Source of the DNA: Bryobacteraceae bacterium
GTDB lineage: Bacteria > Acidobacteriota > Terriglobia > Bryobacterales > Bryobacteraceae
Length of the DNA stretch: 59,588 nucleotides
NCBI GenBank assembly: GCA_050013535.1
Contig: JBEKFB010000001.1
Coordinates: forward strand, 1-59,588
Direction of reading: 5' to 3'
In this document: positions 42,814-52,291 of the stretch, piece by piece
How positions within the stretch are numbered: position 1 is the stretch's first letter
How the letters are laid out: each line of letters begins with the position of its first letter
Program-made: the position numbers and the translations under genes
The notes under the pieces: model-generated
Seen by the model: the letters and a program-made list of their open reading frames with translations, nothing else
What the model was told of the DNA's origin: nothing
Database searches by the model: none

Positions 42814-43914
42814 ATGAAACGACTAGTCGTCGCGCTGTTAACGCCGCTCTTGTTCGGGGCCAGTGAGGGAGAGAACGTTCGCCTCAAGGACCTGGTATCC
42901 ATCGAAGGCGTACGCAGCAATCAGCTCATCGGCTACGGTTTGGTGGTGGGGCTTGCCGGAACCGGCGACCGCCAACAGACGCTGTTTCCCGCGCAGAGCC
43001 TCGGCAACCTTCTGCTGCAGATGGGCGTGAGCATTAACCCGACGGCGATCACCGTCAAGAATACGGCGGCCGTGTTGGTGACCGCCACCCTGCCTCCCTA
43101 TGCGCAGCCGGGCGCGGCTATCGATGCCACGGTTGCGGCGATGGGTGACGCCGCCAACCTTCAGGGCGGACTGCTGGTGTTGACCACGTTGCGCGGCATT
43201 AACGGACAGGTTTACGCGACCGCACAAGGCCAGGTGGTGACCGGAGGCTTCGTCGCCGGCCGCAGCCAGGCATCGCAAACTGTGAATCATCCCACCGTGG
43301 GCCGCATTCCTAACGGCGCTTCCGTGGAGAAACCCGCCCCATCTCTGCCGCTCGGCAATACCGTTCGACTGCAACTCAACGATGCCGACTTCACCACCTC
43401 GGCTCGAATCGCCGCGGCCGTGAACCGGCGCTTTGTCGCCAGCCCGCCGATCGCGCACGCCGACAACTCCGCCGTAGTTTCGGTGGCATTGCCGGGCGAG
43501 TACGCGAAGCAATCCACTGAATTTGTCGCCGAACTGGAAAAGCTGACCATACAGCCGGACCGGCCCGCACGCGTGGTGGTCAACGAACGGACTGGAACGA
43601 TCGTGTTAGGCAACGACGTGCGCATCGCGCCCGTCGCGGTGCTGCATGGCAATCTCAGCGTGGTGATTCAGACCACCTTCGACGTATCGCAACCCTCGCC
43701 ATTCTCCTCCACAGGAACCACTGAGGTGGTCCCCACTACCACCGTCGCCGTCAAAGACGAGAAAGCGCGTAACGTTGTTTTGCGGCAGGGTGCCACAGTC
43801 GAGGAACTAGTGAAGGCGCTGTCGGCAATTGGCTCGACTACGCGCGACGTGATCGCGATCCTCGAGAATCTTCGCGCCGCGGGAGCTCTGGACGCCCAAC
43901 TGGAGGTGATCTGA
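42814..43914 (+). CDS. flgI: flagellar P-ring protein FlgI
   Basis: Start set to the ATG at 42814 (signal peptide MKRLVVALLTPLLFGA). RLKDLVSIEGVRSNQLIGYGLVVGLAGTGD is canonical. Confidence 0.95.
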   Translation: MKRLVVALLTPLLFGASEGENVRLKDLVSIEGVRSNQLIGYGLVVGLAGTGDRQQTLFPAQSLGNLLLQMGVSINPTAITVKNTAAVLVTATLPPYAQPGAAIDATVAAMGDAANLQGGLLVLTTLRGINGQVYATAQGQVVTGGFVAGRSQASQTVNHPTVGRIPNGASVEKPAPSLPLGNTVRLQLNDADFTTSARIAAAVNRRFVASPPIAHADNSAVVSVALPGEYAKQSTEFVAELEKLTIQPDRPARVVVNERTGTIVLGNDVRIAPVAVLHGNLSVVIQTTFDVSQPSPFSSTGTTEVVPTTTVAVKDEKARNVVLRQGATVEELVKALSAIGSTTRDVIAILENLRAAGALDAQLEVI

Positions 43915-43916
43915 GG

Positions 43917-44282
43917 ATGAGCAGCCCGGCTATTGGCGTGCTGGCAACCGCGATTCAGCCTCAAGCGCCGTCTGACTCAACGGCAAATCCCAGTCCTGCG
44001 AAGCTCCACAGCGTCGCTCAGCAATTCGAAGCGTTGCTGATCGGCGAAATGCTGAAATCGGTTCAGGAGGCGGCAAAGGATTCGTCGGCGGATGGCGATG
44101 ATGACGACGGCGATGCCGCCGGCGATTCAGCTATGGACATGGCGCAATCGCAGTTCGCTCAATCGATCGCCATGCAGGGCGGACTTGGGTTGTCGCACAT
44201 GATCGAGACCGGTTTGGCGAAGGACAGCGCGAATCAAAAGGTGAAGACTTCCGAACCCGCTCCCACGGGCGCTAAGTTGTAG
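43917..44282 (+). CDS. rod-binding protein (FlgJ N-terminal-domain-like, no muramidase domain)
   Basis: QQFEALLIGEMLKSV... matches the Rod_binding motif. 121 aa, located directly after flgI. Confidence 0.7.
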   Translation: MSSPAIGVLATAIQPQAPSDSTANPSPAKLHSVAQQFEALLIGEMLKSVQEAAKDSSADGDDDDGDAAGDSAMDMAQSQFAQSIAMQGGLGLSHMIETGLAKDSANQKVKTSEPAPTGAKL

Positions 44283-44749
44283 CCGTACGGCCCTGCGGGA
44301 GTCTCGGCTTGCTCGTCGCGCGAAGACTCATTTCCGCCACGTGCGGCCGCGCGGCCGGCTTCATTGGCTTCCTGCGTGAGTTTGTCCGCAACCTTGTACC
44401 AGCCATCCAGCAGATTCGACAGTAACCCAATCACTTCGGCCATTGGCTCGTCTTCCTGGCTCGCGTGCGCTCCGAGCAACCGTTGCTGCATGTAGCAGTA
44501 CAGGTCCTTGAGGCGCGCGCTCAGGTCTCCGCCCTTCTCGTGGTCGAGCGACAAAACCAGCTCAGTGAGAATGTCGACGGCTTTGGAGATCGCCTTCGAC
44601 CGTCCCCAGATATCGTTGGTTTCCAGACAATGCCGCGCCTGTTGGATGGCTTTGATGGCTCCCTCGTACAGAGCCGTCACCAGACCGACCGGGTTGCCGG
44701 TGGCGATATTGTTGTCGAGGTACGCGTTATACGGATCGTCCTGAAACAC
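44234..44749 (-). CDS. fliS: flagellin-specific chaperone FliS with a C-terminal extension
   Basis: GTG start. ...NPVGLVTALYEGAIKAIQQA...KAISKAVDILTELVLSLD.EKGG.L...L..LY.YM is the FliS pattern. 171 aa against about 130 typical. Confidence 0.9.
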   Translation of the reverse strand: MFQDDPYNAYLDNNIATGNPVGLVTALYEGAIKAIQQARHCLETNDIWGRSKAISKAVDILTELVLSLDHEKGGDLSARLKDLYCYMQQRLLGAHASQEDEPMAEVIGLLSNLLDGWYKVADKLTQEANEAGRAAARGGNESSRDEQAETPAGPYGYNLAPVGAGSEVFTF

Positions 44750-44769
44750 CAGATTGCCTCTTTGCAGTA

Positions 44770-44795
44770 CATATCGCGCTTGAGGAAGCAGTTTA
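44770..44795 (-). promoter_or_regulatory. sigma-28 (FliA) promoter for fliS: CTCTAAA-N14-GCGATATG
   Basis: Minus strand reads TAAA (44795..44792), a 14-nt spacer, then GCGATATG (77..70). Shares the extended CTCTAAA and GCGATAT boxes with the flgM promoter. An AGAGG Shine-Dalgarno box follows. Confidence 0.5.
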
Positions 44796-44859
44796 GAGGG
44801 AGTTTGGAGAGCGCGAGCGGAACCGGAATCCCAAAGCGCGCCCCCTTGACGGCAAGGCT

Positions 44860-45108
44860 TCAGTCGCCCGATTCCGGACGGTTGCGGATGGAATTGTCCA
44901 TAAACCCGATCAGGCCGTCCAGCTTATCGGTGATCTCCGCAAGCCGCTGGTCGATGTGGTTCATGCGTCTTTCGTGCGCGGCCAGGCCTTCAGCCTGCTG
45001 CTTCTGAACCGTGGACTGTTGCTGCTGCACCGCTGCCATTCTGGCCTCGATCTCGCCAACCACCACCCGCGTGCCGTGGATTTTTCGGATCTCGGCCTTG
45101 AAGTCCAT
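44860..45108 (-). CDS. hypothetical coiled-coil protein (82 aa)
   Basis: Gln/Glu/Ala-rich heptad-like sequence between the S41 protease gene and fliS. No family recognised. Confidence 0.4.
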   Translation of the reverse strand: MDFKAEIRKIHGTRVVVGEIEARMAAVQQQQSTVQKQQAEGLAAHERRMNHIDQRLAEITDKLDGLIGFMDNSIRNRPESGD

Positions 45109-45130
45109 CGTCTCCGTTATCCTACCGCTC

Positions 45131-46579
45131 TCACCGCGCGAGTGCCGCCACCGCCGCTTTCACCTGCGGATCGTTCTTCGCTTCGACTTCGTCGCCCTTG
45201 GCCACTCCGAAAGCCTGATTGTAGATCTCCGTGCGCAGGCGCGCCTCAATCCAATCGTGTTCCTGGAGCCACTCGGAGACCGCTGGCTGGATGCCGTGCT
45301 CGGAAGCGAACAATTGGAAATCGTCGAGAATAGCGCCGCTCAATTCAAACGGTTCGGTGAGTTTGTGTTCCTGCGTGTAGTTGGTGGCGAAGGCCGTCAA
45401 CAGGCCACTCGACTCGAGGGCGACTCGCAACCGCGTAGGCGCGTCGGGCGCCACCACAAGATCCGGCTGAATCCCGCCTCCACCCGGAACCTTGCGTCCG
45501 CCATCGGTTGTGTATTCGCGATGCGCGGCGATATCGCCGAGCTGTCCCTCGCGCAGCGGCTTCTGAATCGATCGCCCGCTGGGCGTGTAGTAAAACGCAG
45601 TGGTCAGCGCCATGCCCGTGTTGCCCGACAGCGTCATGACGCTCTGCACAAGACCCTTGCCATACGTGGGCACTCCCACGACGGTGGCGCGGTCGTGATC
45701 CTGCAATGCGCCGGTCACGATCTCGGCTGCGCTCGCGGTTTTCTCATTCACCAGAACGGCCAATGGGAAGCTGTAAGGCATCGCGCTCTTCGGCACATCC
45801 ACTTCCTGGCCGGCATCCACCAAACGCCCATGTGCAGTGAGAATGCGTTGGCCGGGTTTGAGAAAATAGCTGGCCGATTCCATGGCGGTTTCCACCACGC
45901 CGCCGCCGTTATTGCGCAAGTCCAGCACCAGCCCCTTGAGGTGCGCGCCGCCGAGTTTCTCGATAGAGTCCTTCAGCAGCTTTGCCGTCTTCGGATCGAA
46001 ACTGGCCACGCGAATATAGCCGATACCGGGTTCGAGCAGAAACGAACGATCGACACTGGGCGCATCGATCAGCTCAGGATCCAGCGTGAACCGCAACGGC
46101 CTGACACTTCCCGGCCGGCGCACCAACAGATCCGCCCGCTTCTGATGCGACTCACCCAGAAACTGCACCAGTTGCTCGAAGGTGAGCGCGGCGAGCGGGA
46201 CGTTGTTAATGACGACGATCTCGTCGCCTGGTGACAATCCGGCTCGTGCCGACGGCGTTCCAGGCATCGCCTGCAGCACAATGACGCGGCCAGGCAGCAC
46301 CGACACGATGCTCCCGAATCCCTTTTGCTCGGACCGCTCCATGGTCTTGAGCTGTTCGAACTGCTCCGGGTCGAAGAACACTGAGTGCGGGTCCAGTTCA
46401 CGCAACATGCCGGGGATTGCGCCATCGTACACGGCGTGCTCACTGTCGATGGGATCGGCCTCGCGGCTCTCGACGGTGGCCAATACTTCTGTGAATTGCC
46501 GAAGCGACGATTCGACATCGGCGGTATTGGACGGCGGGGGCGTGGGCGCCACGAACAGGAAAACAAGAGGCAGCAGCAT
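45131..46579 (-). CDS. S41-family carboxy-terminal processing peptidase (PDZ-containing)
   Basis: PDZ segment (GLSPGDEIVVINN) and catalytic region ...LVNEKTASAAEIVTGALQDHDRATVVGVPTYGKGLVQ. Confidence 0.9.
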   Translation of the reverse strand: MLLPLVFLFVAPTPPPSNTADVESSLRQFTEVLATVESREADPIDSEHAVYDGAIPGMLRELDPHSVFFDPEQFEQLKTMERSEQKGFGSIVSVLPGRVIVLQAMPGTPSARAGLSPGDEIVVINNVPLAALTFEQLVQFLGESHQKRADLLVRRPGSVRPLRFTLDPELIDAPSVDRSFLLEPGIGYIRVASFDPKTAKLLKDSIEKLGGAHLKGLVLDLRNNGGGVVETAMESASYFLKPGQRILTAHGRLVDAGQEVDVPKSAMPYSFPLAVLVNEKTASAAEIVTGALQDHDRATVVGVPTYGKGLVQSVMTLSGNTGMALTTAFYYTPSGRSIQKPLREGQLGDIAAHREYTTDGGRKVPGGGGIQPDLVVAPDAPTRLRVALESSGLLTAFATNYTQEHKLTEPFELSGAILDDFQLFASEHGIQPAVSEWLQEHDWIEARLRTEIYNQAFGVAKGDEVEAKNDPQVKAAVAALAR

Positions 46580-46583
46580 GCGA

Positions 46584-47558
46584 TTAGCGCGAATAGCGGA
46601 GGCTCTCGCGCGTCCGGTGCCTCTCCAGCGCTAGTTCAATCAGCCGGTCAAGCAGTTTTGGCATGGGCAGGCCGCAGTATTCCCACATTTTCGGGAACAT
46701 GCTAATGGAGGTGAAGCCGGGAATCGTGTTGATTTCGTTTAAGAACAATTCCCCCGTCGCCTGTTCCAACAGAAAATCCACGCGAGCCATGCCTTCGCAG
46801 CCGACCGCCCGATACCCGGCCACCGCGAGACGGCGCATTTCGGCGAGTTGTTTAGCGTCAAGATCGGCTGGCAACACGGTCTCTGCCCGGTCGAGCAGGT
46901 ACTTGTCCTCGTAATCGTAGAATTCGCGCGAGGGCAGGATCTCGCAGGGCATGGCCGCTTCGGGATGTTCGTTGCCGAGCACCGCACATTCGAATTCGCG
47001 CCCCGCGATACCGCGCTCCACGATGATCTTGGTGTCAAACTGCGCCGCGAGACGCAGGGATTCGCGGAGCTCAGCCGCATCGTGCGCTTTCGAGATCCCA
47101 ACGGATGATCCGAGGTTCGCGGGCTTCACAAACACCGGAAACGGCAAGGAATCGTACGCTGTGTTGTCGATTTCATCGCGCGAAACGACCACGTATTCCG
47201 CCACCGGAATCCCCTGCTGCAGACACAGCCGCTTGGTCACTTCCTTGTCCATCGAAACGGACGACGCGAGCACGCCGGCACCCACGTACGGCAGAGCAGC
47301 CATTTCGAGCAGCCCCTGCACCGTACCGTCCTCACCGAAGGTGCCGTGCAGCATCGGGATCACTATGTCGATTCCGGCATTCCCGTCCGGCTCCGGAACA
47401 ATCGCTCGAGGAGACCAGCGGCCTTCCTGCGAGATCAGGATCTCGGATACCTCGTACTTATCGCGATCAAGCGCATCCAGAACCGCGCGTGCCGAGCGCA
47501 TCGATATCTCATGTTCGCCGCTGCGCCCCCCTTTCAAAACAGCTACCCGCAGCTTCAT
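46584..47558 (-). CDS. ddl: D-alanine--D-alanine ligase
   Basis: ...HGTFGEDGTVQGLLE...PYVG...FVKPANLGSSVGISK...EINTIPGFT ATP-grasp Ddl motifs. Confidence 0.95.
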   Translation of the reverse strand: MKLRVAVLKGGRSGEHEISMRSARAVLDALDRDKYEVSEILISQEGRWSPRAIVPEPDGNAGIDIVIPMLHGTFGEDGTVQGLLEMAALPYVGAGVLASSVSMDKEVTKRLCLQQGIPVAEYVVVSRDEIDNTAYDSLPFPVFVKPANLGSSVGISKAHDAAELRESLRLAAQFDTKIIVERGIAGREFECAVLGNEHPEAAMPCEILPSREFYDYEDKYLLDRAETVLPADLDAKQLAEMRRLAVAGYRAVGCEGMARVDFLLEQATGELFLNEINTIPGFTSISMFPKMWEYCGLPMPKLLDRLIELALERHRTRESLRYSR

Positions 47559-48466
47559 AAAATCCGGTTTCCCAGAGCCGACATGATCAGTTCGACGGCC
47601 AGCACGGCCGTTCGGTTTACCTCGTCAATCACAGGGTTCACTTCCACCACGTCCATGGAACACATCAATCCGCTGTCGCACACGGTCTCCATGGTCAGGT
47701 GGGCCTCCCGCCACGTCAGGCCGCCTTTCACGGGCGTGCCGACCCCGGGCGCTTCCCTGGGGTCCACCACGTCCATGTCGAATGAGACGTGAAATGCGCT
47801 GGTTCCGGCCGAAGCAATCCGGATAGCGTCCTCCATTACGGTTCGCATGCCGCGCTCATCGACGTCGCGCATCGTAAAGGCGGTGACACCGGAGTTGCGG
47901 ACGTAGTTGCGCTCGCGCTGGTCCACCGAACGAATGCCAACCAGTGCGACGTTGCGCGCTTCCACCTGCGGAGCGTGCCCGCCGATATGAGTCAGTTCCC
48001 GAGGACCGATGCCGATGCAGCAAGCCAGTGGCATTCCATGCACGTTGCCGCTGGGGGACGAATCGGGCGTGTTCATGTCGGCGTGCGCGTCAACCCAGAT
48101 GAGCCCAATCTTCTCGTTCTTCGTGCGGAAATAGCCGGAAACGCCGGCAACCGTTCCCACGGCAATGGAGTGATCGCCGCCCAGAATAATCGGCGCGCGG
48201 CCCGATTCCATGGCGATCTTCACCATGTTTGCGAGCGCCGTGCAGGTCTCGGCGATTTGCGGCAGGTATTTTGCGTTGGCCGGTCCCTCGCCCACCATCT
48301 CCGCCTGAACGACCGGCGCGTTGCCGAGATCCACCACGTCATAGCCGAGCGACGCCACGCGGCTGAACACGTTGGCCACGCGCACGGCAGAGGGCCCCAT
48401 ATCGACGCCACGGCGGCCCGAGCCAAGATCGAGCGGTGCGCCAATAATAGCTATCGATTCGCGCAT
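47555..48466 (-). CDS. arginase-family (ureohydrolase) enzyme, probably arginase
   Basis: Mn-binding motifs GGDHS, DAHADMNT and SFDMDVVDP. About 300 aa. Confidence 0.85.
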   Translation of the reverse strand: MRESIAIIGAPLDLGSGRRGVDMGPSAVRVANVFSRVASLGYDVVDLGNAPVVQAEMVGEGPANAKYLPQIAETCTALANMVKIAMESGRAPIILGGDHSIAVGTVAGVSGYFRTKNEKIGLIWVDAHADMNTPDSSPSGNVHGMPLACCIGIGPRELTHIGGHAPQVEARNVALVGIRSVDQRERNYVRNSGVTAFTMRDVDERGMRTVMEDAIRIASAGTSAFHVSFDMDVVDPREAPGVGTPVKGGLTWREAHLTMETVCDSGLMCSMDVVEVNPVIDEVNRTAVLAVELIMSALGNRIL

Positions 48467-48473
48467 GTGCCCA

Positions 48474-49784
48474 TCACGGCCGCGTCCGGTACAGCATGCG
48501 CGGATACGGAATCGTCTCGCGAATGTGCTCCAGCCCGCAGATCCACGCCACTACACGCTCCACGCCCATCCCAAACCCGGCGTGCGGAACCGTGCCGTAC
48601 TTGCGCAGGTCCAGGTACCACTCGAACGCTTCGCGCGGCAAATGGTGCTGTTCCAGACGTTTCAACAGCAGATCGAGATCGTGAATACGCTGCCCGCCGC
48701 CTATAATCTCGCCATATCCTTCCGGTGCGATCACGTCCACACCAAGCGAAATCTCCGGCTGATCCGGCTGGAAGTAAAAAGCTTTCACCTGCGACGGATA
48801 ACGATCCACCATCAGCGGCCGGTCGTAATCCTCGGCGATCATCGTCTCGTCGGTGCCGCCAAAATCGCTGCCCCACTGGATCTCACTACCCTTTTCCTGG
48901 AGCTTCTTCACGGCGTCGTCGTAGGTCATGCGCGGAAACGGCGCTTTCACCGCCTCCAGCTTGCCGACGTCGCGTTCCAGCGCCTGCAACTCCGGCCGAC
49001 GGGTCTCCAATACGCGCTCCATAATGTAGACGACCAACTCTTCAGCAAGCTGCTTCACGTCTTCGAGCGTCGCCCAGGCCATCTCTGGTTCCACCATCCA
49101 GAACTCGGTCAGATGGCGCCGCGTCTTCGATTTCTCCGCGCGAAACGTCGGGCCGAAGCAGTACACTTTGCCGAAGGCCATGGCGTTCGCCTCGTTGTAA
49201 AGCTGGCCCGATTGCGTCAGGTACACTTTCTCGTCGTCGAAGTAATTCACCTCGAACAGCGTGGTGGTTCCTTCGCATGCCGACGGCGTGAAGATGGGCG
49301 TGTCCACCAGCGTGAAGCCGTTGTTGTCGAAGAAATCGCGAATCGCTTTGATAATTGCGTGGCGCACGCGGATGATCGCGTTCTGGCGGCGGCTGCGCAA
49401 CCAGAGATGGCGATGGTCCATCAGAAAATCGGTGCCGTGGTCTTTCGGCGTGATCGGATACGGATCGGTCTCCGGAACACGCTGCAGGATCTCAGCGGTC
49501 TCCACGTCGAGCTCGAAACCACCGGGCGCGCGCTGCTCGGCGCGCAGCTTTCCTGTTACTGTCAGCGACGATTCCTGCGTCAGGTTCTTCAGCGCTTCAA
49601 AGGTCTCTTCCGGCAGATTGCTCTTCACCGCGACGCACTGCAGAATGCCCGTGCCGTCGCGCAGCAGCGGAAAACAGATCTTGCCCGACCGGCGAAGATT
49701 GTACAGCCATCCGCGGATTTGCACGGTTTCTCCCGCGTGCTTGCCCGCGTCGGCGATGGCTATTGAGGTTGCGGTTTCCGGCAT
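48474..49784 (-). CDS. asnS: asparagine--tRNA ligase
   Basis: Class IIb synthetase: N-terminal OB fold, [21 protein letters not shown] and GFGMGVERV. Confidence 0.9.
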   Translation of the reverse strand: MPETATSIAIADAGKHAGETVQIRGWLYNLRRSGKICFPLLRDGTGILQCVAVKSNLPEETFEALKNLTQESSLTVTGKLRAEQRAPGGFELDVETAEILQRVPETDPYPITPKDHGTDFLMDHRHLWLRSRRQNAIIRVRHAIIKAIRDFFDNNGFTLVDTPIFTPSACEGTTTLFEVNYFDDEKVYLTQSGQLYNEANAMAFGKVYCFGPTFRAEKSKTRRHLTEFWMVEPEMAWATLEDVKQLAEELVVYIMERVLETRRPELQALERDVGKLEAVKAPFPRMTYDDAVKKLQEKGSEIQWGSDFGGTDETMIAEDYDRPLMVDRYPSQVKAFYFQPDQPEISLGVDVIAPEGYGEIIGGGQRIHDLDLLLKRLEQHHLPREAFEWYLDLRKYGTVPHAGFGMGVERVVAWICGLEHIRETIPYPRMLYRTRP

Positions 49785-50617
49785 TACAGGCTTTCGAGCC
49801 TTTCAAAGATCTCTTTCGCTTTGTCGAACGGATGCGGGCCGAATTCGGGAACTTCTTTCAGTTCCAGCAGCAGCGGATACTCCTCGGGGTGGCTGCGCAG
49901 AAGGCCCATGGCCTTCTTCCAGTCTATGGTGCCGCCCTCGGAGAGAAATGGGAAAAGATGCTGGTCGGACTTGCCGTCGTTGTCGTGAAGATGCGTCGAC
50001 CGGACGCGGCTCTCCATGATGTTCCACGCCGCCTCCACTCCTTCGTTCATGTTCGCGTGGCCGATGTCGAAACAGAAACCCAGCTTTAAGTGCGTTTGCG
50101 CCAGAAAATCCACCAGACGCTGGGCGCTGGACAGCGCGTTGGGAATGTTCTCCAACAGGATCTCCACCCCGCGCTGCCGCGCAAAGCTGCTCAGTTCGTC
50201 GAGCGCGTTGAAGGCGGCTTCCACCTTGTGGTCGTCGTACTCCTCTTCACCCACGCCGATGTGCTGGATCATGTAGCGAAACGGAATCGACTCGGCCACT
50301 TCGAGCGCCCGCTTGATTTCATCCACCATGGTGATGCGCTTCGCCTTCACCACTTCGGTAATGGTGATCACCGCGTGCGGCCCGGAGCGTCCCCACAAGT
50401 CGTCCGTGTACATGGGCGAGTGCAGGGAGTGAAGCTGCATGTCGGAATCGCGAAACCAGGCGGCCACCTCGGCAATCTGAGCGCGGTTGGTGTAATCGAA
50501 GTGCTGCCGGGCACAATAGATCTCCACCGCGCCGATGCCGGCGTCCTGAATGCGGTCGAACCAAACGGTGCTCAGCCGGTGATTGGCAAAAAGGTGCGTC
50601 GACAGTACGTGGTTCAT
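49784..50617 (-). CDS. sugar phosphate isomerase/epimerase (xylose-isomerase-like TIM barrel)
   Basis: ...GAVEIYC...LENIPN...FCFDIGHAN... pattern. The stop overlaps the asnS start by 1 nt (TAATG). Confidence 0.8.
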   Translation of the reverse strand: MNHVLSTHLFANHRLSTVWFDRIQDAGIGAVEIYCARQHFDYTNRAQIAEVAAWFRDSDMQLHSLHSPMYTDDLWGRSGPHAVITITEVVKAKRITMVDEIKRALEVAESIPFRYMIQHIGVGEEEYDDHKVEAAFNALDELSSFARQRGVEILLENIPNALSSAQRLVDFLAQTHLKLGFCFDIGHANMNEGVEAAWNIMESRVRSTHLHDNDGKSDQHLFPFLSEGGTIDWKKAMGLLRSHPEEYPLLLELKEVPEFGPHPFDKAKEIFERLESL

Positions 50618-50734
50618 GCCGTTGTCACGGGGATAGAGGCTGAAGATTCAATTCTACCTGTTCGCCACAGGTGCAGAACGAAAGTTGTCGAGAACGCCGA
50701 GGAACCGCCTTGTGATACTCGGCAGTGAACAACC

Positions 50735-51586
50735 CTATCGGCGTGCAGGCTCAGCGCTTGTTTCGGTTTGATTATGCAGTTCCCGAGCCAGCGCAGTCAG
50801 CGCCTCGGCACTCGGGATCTGATTCCGCCGCGCGAGCACGGCGCCGCCCGGCGCTGGGTTCCAGTGGACGCGTCCACGGCCGTGGAGTCCGAGCCGGTAC
50901 GTCAGAACCAGAGCAATCATCCGCCAGCCCAGCACCCAGGCTTTCCAAAACGATCCGGTGACCGAAGACTCCCCCACTCGCGAGCAATAGTTCATCGGGA
51001 TTTCTACAAACGGAATACGGTGCCGAATCACTTCGAGCAGCACCTGCGGCCCGAAGTGCGACCCACCGATGGTCAGGTGCGGCCGGATGAGGCGAACTGC
51101 TTCTCGCGACAGAAGGCGCTGGGTGCAGCCCATGTCCGTCAGCAGCGTGGTGTTGAACACCAGCTCGGTCATCTTCGCCACGGCCCAATTGCCCCAGCGA
51201 AGGAACTTGCCCATGTTCGCGCCTTGCCAGATGAACTCGCGCGCAGTGCGAGTGCCGAAAACCACCGGAACGTCGTCGGAGTACGCCAGCAGCTTGGTGA
51301 CGTCGTGGCCGCGAAAAGTGCCGTCGGGTTCCGAGAGAATCACCAGCCCGGCATCGGTATGATCGAGGCCGCAGAGCAGCGCGTTGCCGTAGCCCTGCCG
51401 GGTTTCAAAGATCTCACGCGCTCCGGTGCCCGCGATTTCTTCGGAAGTGCCGGGGGCCGCGTTGTTGTTCACCACGATGATCTCGTCCACCAGTCCAGTG
51501 GCGAAATAACTGAGCACGGTTGCGCGAATGGAGTCCTTTTCGTTATAGGTCGGGAAAATCACAGCAACTTTTTGACCGCGCCACAT
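50735..51586 (-). CDS. family-2 glycosyltransferase (polyprenol-phosphate sugar transferase-like)
   Basis: VAVIFPTYNEKDSI...VVNNNAAPGT...SEPDGTF (DxD-like) and a C-terminal hydrophobic helix. Confidence 0.85.
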   Translation of the reverse strand: MWRGQKVAVIFPTYNEKDSIRATVLSYFATGLVDEIIVVNNNAAPGTSEEIAGTGAREIFETRQGYGNALLCGLDHTDAGLVILSEPDGTFRGHDVTKLLAYSDDVPVVFGTRTAREFIWQGANMGKFLRWGNWAVAKMTELVFNTTLLTDMGCTQRLLSREAVRLIRPHLTIGGSHFGPQVLLEVIRHRIPFVEIPMNYCSRVGESSVTGSFWKAWVLGWRMIALVLTYRLGLHGRGRVHWNPAPGGAVLARRNQIPSAEALTALARELHNQTETSAEPARR

Positions 51587-51589
51587 GGC

Positions 51590-52291
51590 TTACGCTTCGC
51601 CTCTCGCGGAAGGCTCGGCGACCGCCAGAAATTGTCCGGCGAATGGCCGGCCTGGCAGGCGCAGGTAAAGATTCACCATCCAGACCGCCTTCGGCCATCG
51701 CGATTTCATAGTGAACGGCGTAAAGCGAGACTCCGCGTGCACGACATCGAATCCGCAGGCTCGCAACAGACCGCTGAATCCTTCGTCGGTGTATATGGTC
51801 TTGTGCGTATAGTCGTCGAAATAGCGCCGGGGCTCGAGACGGAAATTCGGCTGAACGGCAATGAGTCTGCCGCCCGGCCTCAGTACGCGCCGCACCTCCA
51901 GGAGAATGCGCGCGCCTTCTTCCGCCGTGAAGTGTTCGAAAAAGTTCGAGGCAAACACCGTACCCAGCGAATGGCTGGCAATGGGCAGAGGATCGAGCGC
52001 AGACTGGATGATCGGCCGCACTTCTGACGCCCAGTGGCCGATCAACTCCGGATTCATGTCCAGCGCCCATTTTTCCGAGGCAGCGGAGAAACGCGAGAAG
52101 TCGCCGTAGCCCGCGCCGAGGTCGAGCAGGCCTGCCTGTGAATCCACCCATCGCGCGAGATACCGGCATAGCGCCCGCCACACACCGGCGCGACCGGCAT
52201 CGAACGGCAATCGCACGCGATGGTATTCGCCCGCGAAGGTGCTCCGGCGAGCTTCGTCAATCACGCCGGGGCTCATAGACGTAGACACCAT
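51590..52291 (-). CDS. class I SAM-dependent methyltransferase
   Basis: Motif I LLDLGAGYGDF and ...VLRPGGRLIAVQPN. Overlaps the upstream GT-C gene's 3' end. Confidence 0.8.
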   Translation of the reverse strand: MVSTSMSPGVIDEARRSTFAGEYHRVRLPFDAGRAGVWRALCRYLARWVDSQAGLLDLGAGYGDFSRFSAASEKWALDMNPELIGHWASEVRPIIQSALDPLPIASHSLGTVFASNFFEHFTAEEGARILLEVRRVLRPGGRLIAVQPNFRLEPRRYFDDYTHKTIYTDEGFSGLLRACGFDVVHAESRFTPFTMKSRWPKAVWMVNLYLRLPGRPFAGQFLAVAEPSARGEA

